Below are positions 50,614 to 60,218 of a stretch of 64,000 nt of DNA, piece after piece. The stretch is from Candidatus Calescibacterium sp. GTDB lineage: Bacteria > Calescibacteriota > Calescibacteriia > Calescibacteriales > Calescibacteriaceae. The DNA is taken from assembly GCA_032249135.1 (NCBI GenBank), contig JAVVGL010000005.1, positions 32,001 through 96,000 on the forward strand, written 5' to 3'. The translations under genes and the position numbers were made by a program. Each line of letters starts with the position of its first letter. Position 1 is the first letter of the stretch. The notes below the pieces were generated by a model. It had not been told where the DNA came from and made no database searches. It saw only the letters and a list, made by a program, of their open reading frames with translations.

Positions 50614-51012
50614 ATGAAGACAAAAAAAATTGCATTAGGAGGGATAGCAGCTCTCTCATTTGTTATTCTTTCGGCGCATGAAGTAAAAGCAGAGGATATG
50701 TTGCAGATTGCAAATCAAAAAGGGTGTTTAGCTTGTCATCAGATAGATAAACAGGTTGTAGGTCCAGCATGGATTGAAGTTTCAAAAAAATATACAGAAA
50801 AAGACATTCCTCAGCTTGTAAATTCAGTCCTCAACGGCTCAATGGGAAAATGGGGGCAAGTTCCTATGCCTGCAAATAAAGGTTTGGTCACAGAAGAAGA
50901 AGCCAAAAAACTTGTAACATGGATAATATCTTTGAAGAATCAACAACCATCAGCAGGAACAAAGCAACCAGAAACTAAAAAAGAAGAAAAACCAAAGGGA
51001 ACAAAAAAGTAA
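50614..51012 (+). CDS. Class I cytochrome c (c551/c552-like)
   Basis: Signal peptide, CLACH, VGPAW, GKWGQVPMP; SD GGAGGTG before ATG 50614. Confidence 0.92.
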   Translation: MKTKKIALGGIAALSFVILSAHEVKAEDMLQIANQKGCLACHQIDKQVVGPAWIEVSKKYTEKDIPQLVNSVLNGSMGKWGQVPMPANKGLVTEEEAKKLVTWIISLKNQQPSAGTKQPETKKEEKPKGTKK

Positions 51013-51064
51013 AGTTTTATTCTTATCTTCTTTCTCCGACTATTTTCACTCTCTGTCCATTATT

Positions 51065-54000
51065 CTATGGTGCGTGATGTACTATCCAATAAGCTCTATT
51101 TTGTGAGGTGAAATTAGATGAGGCAGGAGATGCGGATGTAGTAGAGATGATTGTTGAAACATCTTGTGAAATTGCATATGTAGTTATATCGAGACCGAGC
51201 GAATCTTGTGACCTCATAGATGAACCAGAATTGAATTTTATATAGCCATCAGGAGTAATCTTCATAACAAAAATATCAGTTCCACCTCCTGAGGTTGTTG
51301 TGTATCCTGCTACTACAAAATTTCCGTCATCAGAAAGACATATTGAGCTTGCAAGGTCAGCATTAGAACCTGGTAGTCCAAATACTTTTTGCCATTTTAA
51401 ATTCCCATCCTTATCTAATCTCAAAATCCATATATCATATGTACTAGAGCCTGATACAAGACTATTAGCTGTTCCGGCGATTATAATATCACCATTTTCT
51501 GCAACTACTGCCGAACGAGCTTCATCATCATTTGGTCCTCCAAAAGCTTTTTGCCATATAATTTCTCCATTATCTTTTCTTATTTTCAGTATCCAAATAT
51601 CTCTTCCTCCTGAACCTATATATCTTTGAGCTAAATCGACGACTACGAAAGCTCCGTCTGGTGTTTCTTTTATATCCCAAGCAAATTCGTCTCCTGGAGA
51701 AAGAGGAGGATAATAATACTTTTTACTCATTTTAATATTCCCGTTCTCATCTGTTATCATTACCCAGAAGTCAAAATTAGTGGAAGATGAAAAAGTTCTT
51801 CCTGCAAAAACATAGCTTATAGAACCGCTATACGATGATGTTATGACTCTTTGGAACCTATCATCATTAGAGGTTCCGTATCTTTTCTGCCACACAACAG
51901 AACCATCAGAAGAGTTTATTTTTAGTATCCAAGCGTCTTCTTTATTTCCTGGTGCACCGAAAGATTGTGTATAACCCGTAACAATAATGTATTCTGTTCC
52001 GCCTTCTTGAGATATTGTCAAAGATCTGAATTGATCGGTAAGCGATCCCCCATAAGTGAGGGACCAGGCAAAGTTTCCATTTGAATCAAGCTTTACGATA
52101 AATCCGTCGCTTTGATTTGGAGTCCCGGGGGTAAAAGGATATGTAACAGAGGAACCTGCTACTATGAAACTTCCATCAGAACTTTCCTTCACTTCGTAGG
52201 CTACATCAGTAAAGGGTCCACCGAACACTTTTTGCCATTGGATATTTCCATCCGGGTCAAGTTTCAAAACCCAAACATCAGTATTTGTACCGGAAATTGT
52301 CATATATCCTGCAACTATGAATCCTCCATCTTTTGTCCTTTGAATTGAGTATGCTTCATCATTTCCTGTTGAACCATAAGCTTTTGCCCAAAGCTTTGGA
52401 ACAAATAAATCTATATTTTTCTCTCTTACTATCCCCCCAGATGAAGCTTTGATTTTCATAGCATAGTATCCGGAAAATACGGAAGAATCTACATTCAAAC
52501 TTACTACCTGTGTCATCTGCTGATTTATACTGATAGAGTATGGGCTCACAGATATTCCGTAAATTGTTCCGCCTGTGTTCCTATCAACAACATAGAGATT
52601 AACAAGTCCTGAAAAACCATTCTGGGGCGTTATTGTAAGGCTAAAAGTTTTTATTTGTCCAGCTGCTACTACCAAACTCACAGGATTTGGATCCGATATT
52701 TCAAAAGAAGGAGAAGGAGGAGCTGGGGTTCCCTCAGTGATGTTGAGAGAGAAAATTTTTTCTCTGAAAATACTACCTGATGAGGCTCTGAATTTGAGGG
52801 AATAATTTCCTGTAATAGCATTAGGAGAAGCTTTCACATAGATTTGTTGGGTCATCATACCTCCATAAACTCTGACACTTTGAGGGTTTAAAGTAAGCCA
52901 TGTGACAACACTTGTACCGGAGAGAACATCAAAGAAAATATCTCCATAGAAACCATTTTGAGTTGTGATTTGCACCAAAAAGTATCCTTCATCTCCTTTA
53001 CCGATTGTTAAACTTGGTGGGTTCAAATCAGATATATCAAAGGAGGGAAGGGGTGCTGTCCCATCTCCCGGTGGTTCTTCTGCTGGTGGTGGAGGAATTA
53101 TTTTGACATCTAAATCCTCATCGTCAAATATTCTACCTGAGACTGCTCTTATTTTGAGTTTGTATTCTCCTTCTGGAATTTCTGGTTTAGCATACAGAGT
53201 TATTGTTTGAGTTACTGGTTCAAGAATATGTAGAGAGTATGGGAATAAGTTTATTCCTTCAATTAAGCTGTTTGAGTTTCTTTCTAATATTTCAAGGAAG
53301 ATTTGTCCTTTGAAATCATTTTTAGGTACGATTGAGACGCTTAAATTAGTTTTTCCGCCTCGTGGCAAAGTTATAGAGCGTGGAGCGAGTTTGGATATTT
53401 CAAAATATTGAGGTATCTGAGGTACGACGATTGGACCGATCTGCCCGCTTACAACAACCTGAAATTTAGTATCCGATATTATATCCCCTGATACTCCTCT
53501 TAACTTCAAATTATATGTACCTTCTTTTGCTGTGTAATTTACATTTAACACAATAGTTTGTGTTACTGGTTCAAGTAAATATATTTCATTTGGTAAGAGA
53601 GAGAAATCAAGCATTTGGCTGTTTGTATTTACATCCTTTAATTCAAGTAGAACTTTGCCTTTGAAACCATCTTGCGGAATTATTTGCACTGAAAAAGAAG
53701 CACTTCCACCTACGGGAACTATGAGTAAGTTTGGATTTGGTTCTCCTAAGCTAAAAGACGGTTGGGATAGAACCTCAATATCTATATCTTTTTCCCTGAA
53801 ACCTGAATCTCCACTGCTTACTCTTATTTTTAACTCATATTTTTTCGGTTCAACAGAATCCGCTATACTTACTGTAAATGGTTGATAAGAGAGTTCGCTA
53901 ATATTTGCAGCAGTTGGGAACAAATCAATCCCAGCTACATTTTTATTTGCTTCTCTATCAAGGAGTTCAAAGAAAACAACACCTGAAAACCCACTTTTTG

Positions 54001-54166
54001 GTATTATTGTGAGAACAAAAGTTCCAGTTCCTCCCCTTTGTATTTTCAATAATTTGGGCTGTGGTTCCGAAATATCAAATGGTGGAGGGGCAGATTTGCA
54101 CGAATTTAGAAAAATACTAATTAAAAATATGAAGAAGAAGTTTAGAAAAATTAACTTTCTTTGCAT
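51065..54166 (-). CDS. Large surface lipoprotein: five Ig-like repeats plus C-terminal beta-propeller
   Basis: LNS-C lipobox; five repeats of F.IS...P..L....G....F...I.P..GF.G; repeated W.K.(Y/F)G / D.W.LK.D..G blades. Confidence 0.75.
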   Translation of the reverse strand: MQRKLIFLNFFFIFLISIFLNSCKSAPPPFDISEPQPKLLKIQRGGTGTFVLTIIPKSGFSGVVFFELLDREANKNVAGIDLFPTAANISELSYQPFTVSIADSVEPKKYELKIRVSSGDSGFREKDIDIEVLSQPSFSLGEPNPNLLIVPVGGSASFSVQIIPQDGFKGKVLLELKDVNTNSQMLDFSLLPNEIYLLEPVTQTIVLNVNYTAKEGTYNLKLRGVSGDIISDTKFQVVVSGQIGPIVVPQIPQYFEISKLAPRSITLPRGGKTNLSVSIVPKNDFKGQIFLEILERNSNSLIEGINLFPYSLHILEPVTQTITLYAKPEIPEGEYKLKIRAVSGRIFDDEDLDVKIIPPPPAEEPPGDGTAPLPSFDISDLNPPSLTIGKGDEGYFLVQITTQNGFYGDIFFDVLSGTSVVTWLTLNPQSVRVYGGMMTQQIYVKASPNAITGNYSLKFRASSGSIFREKIFSLNITEGTPAPPSPSFEISDPNPVSLVVAAGQIKTFSLTITPQNGFSGLVNLYVVDRNTGGTIYGISVSPYSISINQQMTQVVSLNVDSSVFSGYYAMKIKASSGGIVREKNIDLFVPKLWAKAYGSTGNDEAYSIQRTKDGGFIVAGYMTISGTNTDVWVLKLDPDGNIQWQKVFGGPFTDVAYEVKESSDGSFIVAGSSVTYPFTPGTPNQSDGFIVKLDSNGNFAWSLTYGGSLTDQFRSLTISQEGGTEYIIVTGYTQSFGAPGNKEDAWILKINSSDGSVVWQKRYGTSNDDRFQRVITSSYSGSISYVFAGRTFSSSTNFDFWVMITDENGNIKMSKKYYYPPLSPGDEFAWDIKETPDGAFVVVDLAQRYIGSGGRDIWILKIRKDNGEIIWQKAFGGPNDDEARSAVVAENGDIIIAGTANSLVSGSSTYDIWILRLDKDGNLKWQKVFGLPGSNADLASSICLSDDGNFVVAGYTTTSGGGTDIFVMKITPDGYIKFNSGSSMRSQDSLGLDITTYAISQDVSTIISTTSASPASSNFTSQNRAYWIVHHAP

Positions 54167-54486
54167 AATATAATTTTATTTAAACTTTTTTTTATATTTT
54201 TCATATTTATCATTTTTTTTTATTTTTTTAATTAAGAAATATAAATTGCTCATACTAACAAACTATTACCAAAATTCTTCTGTTTCCGTCTTTTAAATTA
54301 TAGTTAGTCTAACAACTTTCCATGCAGGCAAATCTTTTTTGTATATCAGCAGTGAAATGGCCGAATCCCTCAGTTTTTCGTCCAAACATATAGAGAAGAT
54401 TAACTATAAGAGGAATTATCTGCAAATTATAGTCCTATTGTTAAAAATCAAAGATTTCATACCTTATCTTTTTGTTCAACCAGCTG

Positions 54487-55590
54487 CTACCTTCTTTCTC
54501 CAACTATTTTCACTTTCTGCCCATCGTAGATTCTATCTGAAACTGGTGATATAACTTGAGTTATGCCTTCTGGAATTTTTACGAGAGCAAAATCTGAAAG
54601 GTTCTCAATAACAGAAACTTTTACTTTACGAGCGGTTCCGTTATCAGCAGAAAAAACAAACTCTCCTTCTTGTGAAATATAAATAGCCTCATAAGGCAGA
54701 AGATATAAACCGTCTGATTGGGATTTATCAGATTGAGAGATTTTCAAATATGCAACCCCCAAAAGGTTTGCGGGAACGCTTTCAGATAAATCTATAACTA
54801 CATCAAATCCAGTTCCAGCCGATGAAGGTTTTATACTTGAAACTCTACCCTTTACCACTTTTTTTAAAGAAGGAAATTCAACATCCAAAATATCCCCTAT
54901 TTTTAATTTTGTTATATCTTTCTCTGCAATTTTACCCAGAAAGAAAGTTTTTGAACTTTGTATCACAAATATAGGAGATTGAGGTCCAACAAAAGAGCCT
55001 ACATCTGCTCTTTTTTCAACTACTATTCCATCGTAAGGAGCAACTATGTTAGTTTCGTTAAGGTCAATTTCCGCTTTTTCTAAATTTTTCTTTGCAGTCT
55101 CATAAGCTGCAAGTAAGCTTTGATAGTTTGATTTTGCATTATCGTATTCTGCTTGCGCTATTGATTTTGTTTTTATAAGGTTTTCAGCTCTTTCATAGTT
55201 TATCTTTGCAAGTTCAAGTTGAGCCTTTATCCTTTCAAGTTCGGCTCTCGCTCTCTCCAAATTGTTCTTATAATCTGTATCATCAATTTTTGCAAGAACC
55301 TGACCCTTTTTTACTCTGAAACCAATATCAACAAAAAGCTTCACAATCCTCCCTGAAACTTTTGAAGATATGACAGATTGCTGTTCAGGTTGTGTAGAAC
55401 CTACAAAAGATATTGAAGGAGAGGAAGAATTTTTTTCTTTGGTCAAAGTTATAACAAAAACCCCAACCTCATCCTTCTTCCCCTGAAATGTTGGAACTTT
55501 CTCATTTTCTTTATTTTTCCCAACTTTTCCGCATGAGAAAAAAACAGAAAGCAAAAAAACAACAGCGAAACTTTTTTTAATTTTTCCCAT
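54487..55590 (-). CDS. RND efflux periplasmic adaptor (MFP) lipoprotein
   Basis: FFS-C lipobox; SSKVSGRIVKLFVDIG..VKKGQVLAKID, coiled coil, IVAPYDGIV. Confidence 0.9.
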   Translation of the reverse strand: MGKIKKSFAVVFLLSVFFSCGKVGKNKENEKVPTFQGKKDEVGVFVITLTKEKNSSSPSISFVGSTQPEQQSVISSKVSGRIVKLFVDIGFRVKKGQVLAKIDDTDYKNNLERARAELERIKAQLELAKINYERAENLIKTKSIAQAEYDNAKSNYQSLLAAYETAKKNLEKAEIDLNETNIVAPYDGIVVEKRADVGSFVGPQSPIFVIQSSKTFFLGKIAEKDITKLKIGDILDVEFPSLKKVVKGRVSSIKPSSAGTGFDVVIDLSESVPANLLGVAYLKISQSDKSQSDGLYLLPYEAIYISQEGEFVFSADNGTARKVKVSVIENLSDFALVKIPEGITQVISPVSDRIYDGQKVKIVGERR

Positions 55591-55671
55591 AAAAATGAAT
55601 TTTAAACTTCAATTACCACTCAAAATATTTCACAAAAAGAAATCCCCCAAGTTTCAGACTAAAATTTTGCT

Positions 55672-58600
55672 ATGAACCTACCGCAGATTTCTGTTTCAAG
55701 ACCTGCAGGTATAACTGTAATTTATGTTTCTTTGATTGTCGTGGCTCTTTTTGCTTCAAGAATAATTCCAGTTGATATATTACCACCAGTAGAACCACCT
55801 TTTGTTTCCGTAGCTATAACATATCAGAGCGCCTCACCAGAACAGATAGAACAAATGATAGTAAAGCAAGTAGAGGAAGCGGTGAAAGTAGTTGAAGGTG
55901 TTGAGGAAATATCATCAATTTGTGAGCAAGGGGTAGCAGTTGTTCAAGTGAAATTCAGAGTCGGAGAAAACCTTGATTACGCTGTCCAAAGAATAAATGA
56001 ACGTCTTGAATTCATAAAGAGAACCATACAAGATACAAACATTCAATTTTCAGTTTTGAGATTTACTTCATCAGCTTTTCCTGTTCTGTTTCTGGGAGTT
56101 TCAGGAAAAAGAGATAGAGCCTCTTTATACAAAGTTCTTGATGAGATAATATCGCCCTATATATCAAGCCTTCCTGGCGTAGGAGGTGTTCTTATTTTAG
56201 CAGATGCACAAAGGAATGTAAATATATGGGTAGATCCCCAGAAAATGAGAAAATATGATATAGGTATCGCAGAGGTAAAGAACGCAATAGCACAATATAA
56301 TGGAGATTTCTCTGCTGGGAAAATAACGCTCGGAAGAACATCAATATACGCAACTTTGAAAAGCAAACCAAAAACAAAATCAGATATTGAAAACATAGTA
56401 GTCGGGGTAAAAGGAGGGGTACCTGTAAAGTTAAAAGACATAGCAGAAGTGGAGGTTTCGTCAAGATATGTTGATTCTTCTCGTTCATACTTTTTTGAAG
56501 GAGGAAATCAAGAAACAGTTATTTTGTATCTTGTGAGAAAAAGACCTGGGGCAAACATAGTTGAAGTAAGTAATAATGTAAAAGCAGCTCTTGAAAAAAT
56601 ATCCGAAAAAGTTCCAGCTGATATAAAAATTAGAGTTCTACTTGATTTTGCAGATTCAATAAGAAGCACAATAGAAGAACTTAGAACAACCTTATATTAT
56701 GCGGTTTTAGCAGTTATTATTGTTGTATTTATATTTTTGAGGAGCATAAGAGAAAGTCTAATTCTTGCAACATCTATTCCGACATCTCTTTTATTTTCTA
56801 TTCTATTCCTATATTTTCTTGGCAAAAGTCTGAATTTGATCACGCTTTCCGCAATTATAATTTCATCTGGTATAGTTATTGATAACTCAATAGTTGTTCT
56901 TGAAAGTATAAGGAGAAGATTGGAGGAAGGATTACCTTTTCGGGAGGCGATCGTAAAAGGGGCTAATTATGTTTTCACTGCTTTGCTTGGTTCAACAATA
57001 ACAAACTTTATCGTCTATGCGCCGATAGTTTTCTTGAAGGGATTAGCTTTCTTCATATTTATTGATTTTGTTATAGTTATAGCTACATCATCAATTATTT
57101 CGTTATTTGTTGCTATCTCGCTTATCCCAGCGTTATCTTCAAGACTTTTGAAGAAAAAAGAAGAATCAAAAAGCGTTGAACCCACATCAAGATGGCTTGA
57201 AGAAAAATATAAAAAAGCACTTGGATTTGTGGTAAAACATCCGGTAATATCAACAACACTTCTTATTTTGATATCAATAGTACCATTTTCTTTATCACGA
57301 AAGATTAAAAAAGAATTCATACCAGTTCAGGAAGCACAAGATATGAGAATTTTCATCTATCTTCCGAAGACCGCAAGCTGGAAATGGGCAGAAGAAGTTG
57401 CTTTTAAAGTTAAAGATGAGATAATGAAGAAAATGGCTCAAAATACAGAATATATCTTTTTAAGGTATGGAGAATCAGCTTTCGGTAGGGCTTTCGGAAG
57501 AGCTCAAAGATTCACAGAAGCAGATAACCTTATTCTTATGGGACTGAGATTCAAAAACCTAAAATATAACGAAGCTTACAAGATAGTATCAAATATACTT
57601 TCAGAGGAACCGAATATAGAAGAGTTCAGAATAATACCAGCAAACCCTATAAACCTTTTCATATTTGGGCAATCAAGAGGAATTGAAATGAGAGTTTATT
57701 CAGATGTTGCGGAAGAAGATTATGTTAAATTCATAGAAAGATTATTAGCTCTGCGAGATTTTTTAAGGAAACAAGATTTTGTAAGGTCAGCAGATATTGA
57801 AGTTGAAAAACCTGTTCCTGAACTCCAACTTTTACTCACAGATTCAGGAAAATACAAAGGATTTACGCCAGCATATCTTGGAGATTATCTATCAACTATC
57901 ATAACGGGAACTCAAGTAGGAACTGTAACTTTCGGTGGAGAAGACTTCAAAATTTTTCTGAGATCAAAAGAAGGGAAAGAGGTAAAAATAGAAGAGTTTT
58001 TAAATACTCCTGTAAAAACTCCAATTCCAATTCAACAAGATGGCTATATGTACCTTTCAGATGTGGTAAAATATAAATTTGGGCTCTCTCCATCAGAAAT
58101 TTACAGAATAAATGGATTTAGAGTAGGGATTATATCAATAGATACTACCGAGGCATCTGTGACAGCAGCTGAAAAGATAAAAAAACTTGTCAAAGAAAAC
58201 TTTCCAGAATTTGATATAGAATTCGGAGGAGCAGTTCAGGAAGCATCCAAAACCTTTTTAAACCTTTTAATGCTGATGGCTCTTGCTATTTTCCTTGTTT
58301 GGGCATCTATGGTTGTTGTACTTGAATCCTTTTCAGCTCCATTCATTATACTTTTAACAATACCACCAGCAATATCGGGGACATTTTTAGCTATGTTCCT
58401 AACAAACACATCTTTATCTTTGATCTCTTTTCTTTCCATATTCCTACTTGAAGGAATAGTAGTAAATAATGGAATAGTTCTACTTGATGTTATAATAAAA
58501 AAAGAAAGAGAAGAAGGTTTAAGCTGGAAAGACGCCGTAATTTTAGGTGCATCTGAGAGGTTAAGACCAATTCTTATGACATCTTTGACAACAATAATAG

Positions 58601-58767
58601 GAGTCGTCCCATCAATTTTCTCCACAAGCCAAAGTTTGGTTGGAGGAAAAGAATTTGCAATACCAACAGCAGGAGGACTCATATTATCAACAACTCTGAC
58701 ATTATTCCTTATGCCAGCAATTTATTCGCTAATAAAAACTATATCAGCCAAACTGAAAGGAGCTTGA
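55672..58767 (+). CDS. RND efflux transporter permease (AcrB family)
   Basis: 1031 aa; SRP N-terminus, GIVIDNSIVVLE, VNNGIVLLD, RLRPILMTSLTT. Confidence 0.92.
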   Translation: MNLPQISVSRPAGITVIYVSLIVVALFASRIIPVDILPPVEPPFVSVAITYQSASPEQIEQMIVKQVEEAVKVVEGVEEISSICEQGVAVVQVKFRVGENLDYAVQRINERLEFIKRTIQDTNIQFSVLRFTSSAFPVLFLGVSGKRDRASLYKVLDEIISPYISSLPGVGGVLILADAQRNVNIWVDPQKMRKYDIGIAEVKNAIAQYNGDFSAGKITLGRTSIYATLKSKPKTKSDIENIVVGVKGGVPVKLKDIAEVEVSSRYVDSSRSYFFEGGNQETVILYLVRKRPGANIVEVSNNVKAALEKISEKVPADIKIRVLLDFADSIRSTIEELRTTLYYAVLAVIIVVFIFLRSIRESLILATSIPTSLLFSILFLYFLGKSLNLITLSAIIISSGIVIDNSIVVLESIRRRLEEGLPFREAIVKGANYVFTALLGSTITNFIVYAPIVFLKGLAFFIFIDFVIVIATSSIISLFVAISLIPALSSRLLKKKEESKSVEPTSRWLEEKYKKALGFVVKHPVISTTLLILISIVPFSLSRKIKKEFIPVQEAQDMRIFIYLPKTASWKWAEEVAFKVKDEIMKKMAQNTEYIFLRYGESAFGRAFGRAQRFTEADNLILMGLRFKNLKYNEAYKIVSNILSEEPNIEEFRIIPANPINLFIFGQSRGIEMRVYSDVAEEDYVKFIERLLALRDFLRKQDFVRSADIEVEKPVPELQLLLTDSGKYKGFTPAYLGDYLSTIITGTQVGTVTFGGEDFKIFLRSKEGKEVKIEEFLNTPVKTPIPIQQDGYMYLSDVVKYKFGLSPSEIYRINGFRVGIISIDTTEASVTAAEKIKKLVKENFPEFDIEFGGAVQEASKTFLNLLMLMALAIFLVWASMVVVLESFSAPFIILLTIPPAISGTFLAMFLTNTSLSLISFLSIFLLEGIVVNNGIVLLDVIIKKEREEGLSWKDAVILGASERLRPILMTSLTTIIGVVPSIFSTSQSLVGGKEFAIPTAGGLILSTTLTLFLMPAIYSLIKTISAKLKGA

Positions 58768-58822
58768 TTGAAAAAACGAAAAAAGATTGATTGAAAAACA
58801 AGAAAGTCCGGTAGATAGAACT

Positions 58823-59605
58823 TTAAAACTCTGCTACTAAGCTTTCCTTCATTATTTCTTTTATATCTATGACGACTATGGGTTTGTTATCTCTTCTCAA
58901 AACTCCTCTTGCATATTTTGAACCTGAAAATTTCACAGATGTTATAGGTTCAAGTTCATCTACATAATATACAGAGACCTCGCTGACATCATCAACAAAA
59001 ACTCCGAACTGAAAACCTTCTTCATCCTCCACAACCAAAATTTTGCTCTTTTTGCTTTTTTCAGGGTCAAGATCTTCCATTCCGAAAAACCTTCTTAAAG
59101 AAATTACAGGAAAAATCCTACCTCTCAAATTCATTATTCCAAGCACATGATAATGAACATTCGGAACAGGAGTTATTTTTCCAGCTCTGACTACTTCCCT
59201 TATATTCTCAACATCAACTCCGTAGAACTCCTCCCCTAACTTGAAGTTAAGAATATAAGAAGCTTTTCTGACAACCTCTTCTTTCTTTTTCTTATCTTCC
59301 CTCTTCCTTTCAGCAGGTTGCTGGACCTGTGGAGATGGCTGATATTGCGGTTGTTGTGTCTGCTGCGGGACCGGATACTGAAAAGCAGGAGGTTGAAAAG
59401 TTGGAGGGAACGGGATTTGCGGAACAACTTGCGGAGTTACAACTGGAACCTGCTGAGGAATAAAGATTTGTTGCTGAACACCTGAAACTTCTTGACCTTG
59501 CTGTTGTGGAATCTGAGGTTCTTGTCCCGAAGGTTTTCCCCATATACTCTCACCTAAAATTTCCTCTCCTATATCCTCAAAAGGATCTTTTCCGAAAATA
59601 CCCAT
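58823..59605 (-). CDS. cheW: CheW domain protein with long Gln/Pro-rich N-terminal extension
   Basis: FKLGEEFYGV..IREV..ITPVPN..GIMNLRGRIFPVISLR, FGVFVDDV. Confidence 0.85.
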   Translation of the reverse strand: MGIFGKDPFEDIGEEILGESIWGKPSGQEPQIPQQQGQEVSGVQQQIFIPQQVPVVTPQVVPQIPFPPTFQPPAFQYPVPQQTQQPQYQPSPQVQQPAERKREDKKKKEEVVRKASYILNFKLGEEFYGVDVENIREVVRAGKITPVPNVHYHVLGIMNLRGRIFPVISLRRFFGMEDLDPEKSKKSKILVVEDEEGFQFGVFVDDVSEVSVYYVDELEPITSVKFSGSKYARGVLRRDNKPIVVIDIKEIMKESLVAEF

Positions 59606-59744
59606 TTAATAAAAATTATAATACTTTTTATTTTATTTATATTTCGGATTATTTTTTTTCATTTTCATTTTTTTATTTTTTTTAGTATTTCCCCCAAACT
59701 TTATTTTTTCTTCTTTGATTTTTCTCTAACTAAAATTATCTTTT

Positions 59745-60212
59745 ATGCGCGGTTCAATTAAGCGGGTGGTTATAGAAGGAATTTTATATGGTATCTTATT
59801 CTCTTTTGTGTTATTTGGAATAATCTGGCTTGCGAAAGACAAAGATATAAATTTTGTCTCACACGAAACCCATCTTAAAGTAATAAACCTGATCTCTGAA
59901 AAGCTTGGAAAAATGGGAGAAATTTCAAGGAGATCGGTGGCTCAATATGAAAACTTATCGTTTACTTTGGTTAGTATTGGAAAGTCGGAGGAACCTCATA
60001 TTCATCAAAAAAGTGACATTATTGTCATACTTCTTGAAGGAGAAGGAGAAATAAATATAGAAGGTGAGAAAAAATATGTTGAGAGAGGAGACATAATTTT
60101 TATCCCAAAAAATAAGGTGCATTTTTTTGTAAATAAAGGTGTAGATCCAGCGTTAGCTCTTGTAATATCTTTCCCACCTTTGCAAAAAGATGATTATATA
60201 CCAGTAAAATAG
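59745..60212 (+). CDS. Cupin domain protein with N-terminal TM helix
   Basis: PHIHQKSD..LEGEG, GDIIFIPKNKVH. Confidence 0.85.
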   Translation: MRGSIKRVVIEGILYGILFSFVLFGIIWLAKDKDINFVSHETHLKVINLISEKLGKMGEISRRSVAQYENLSFTLVSIGKSEEPHIHQKSDIIVILLEGEGEINIEGEKKYVERGDIIFIPKNKVHFFVNKGVDPALALVISFPPLQKDDYIPVK

Positions 60213-60218
60213 TTTGGT

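Noticed and set aside
54240..54486. Unexplained spacer between the MFP and the large lipoprotein (possible sRNA or remnant)
   Set aside because: No convincing hairpin, terminator or credible ORF seen.
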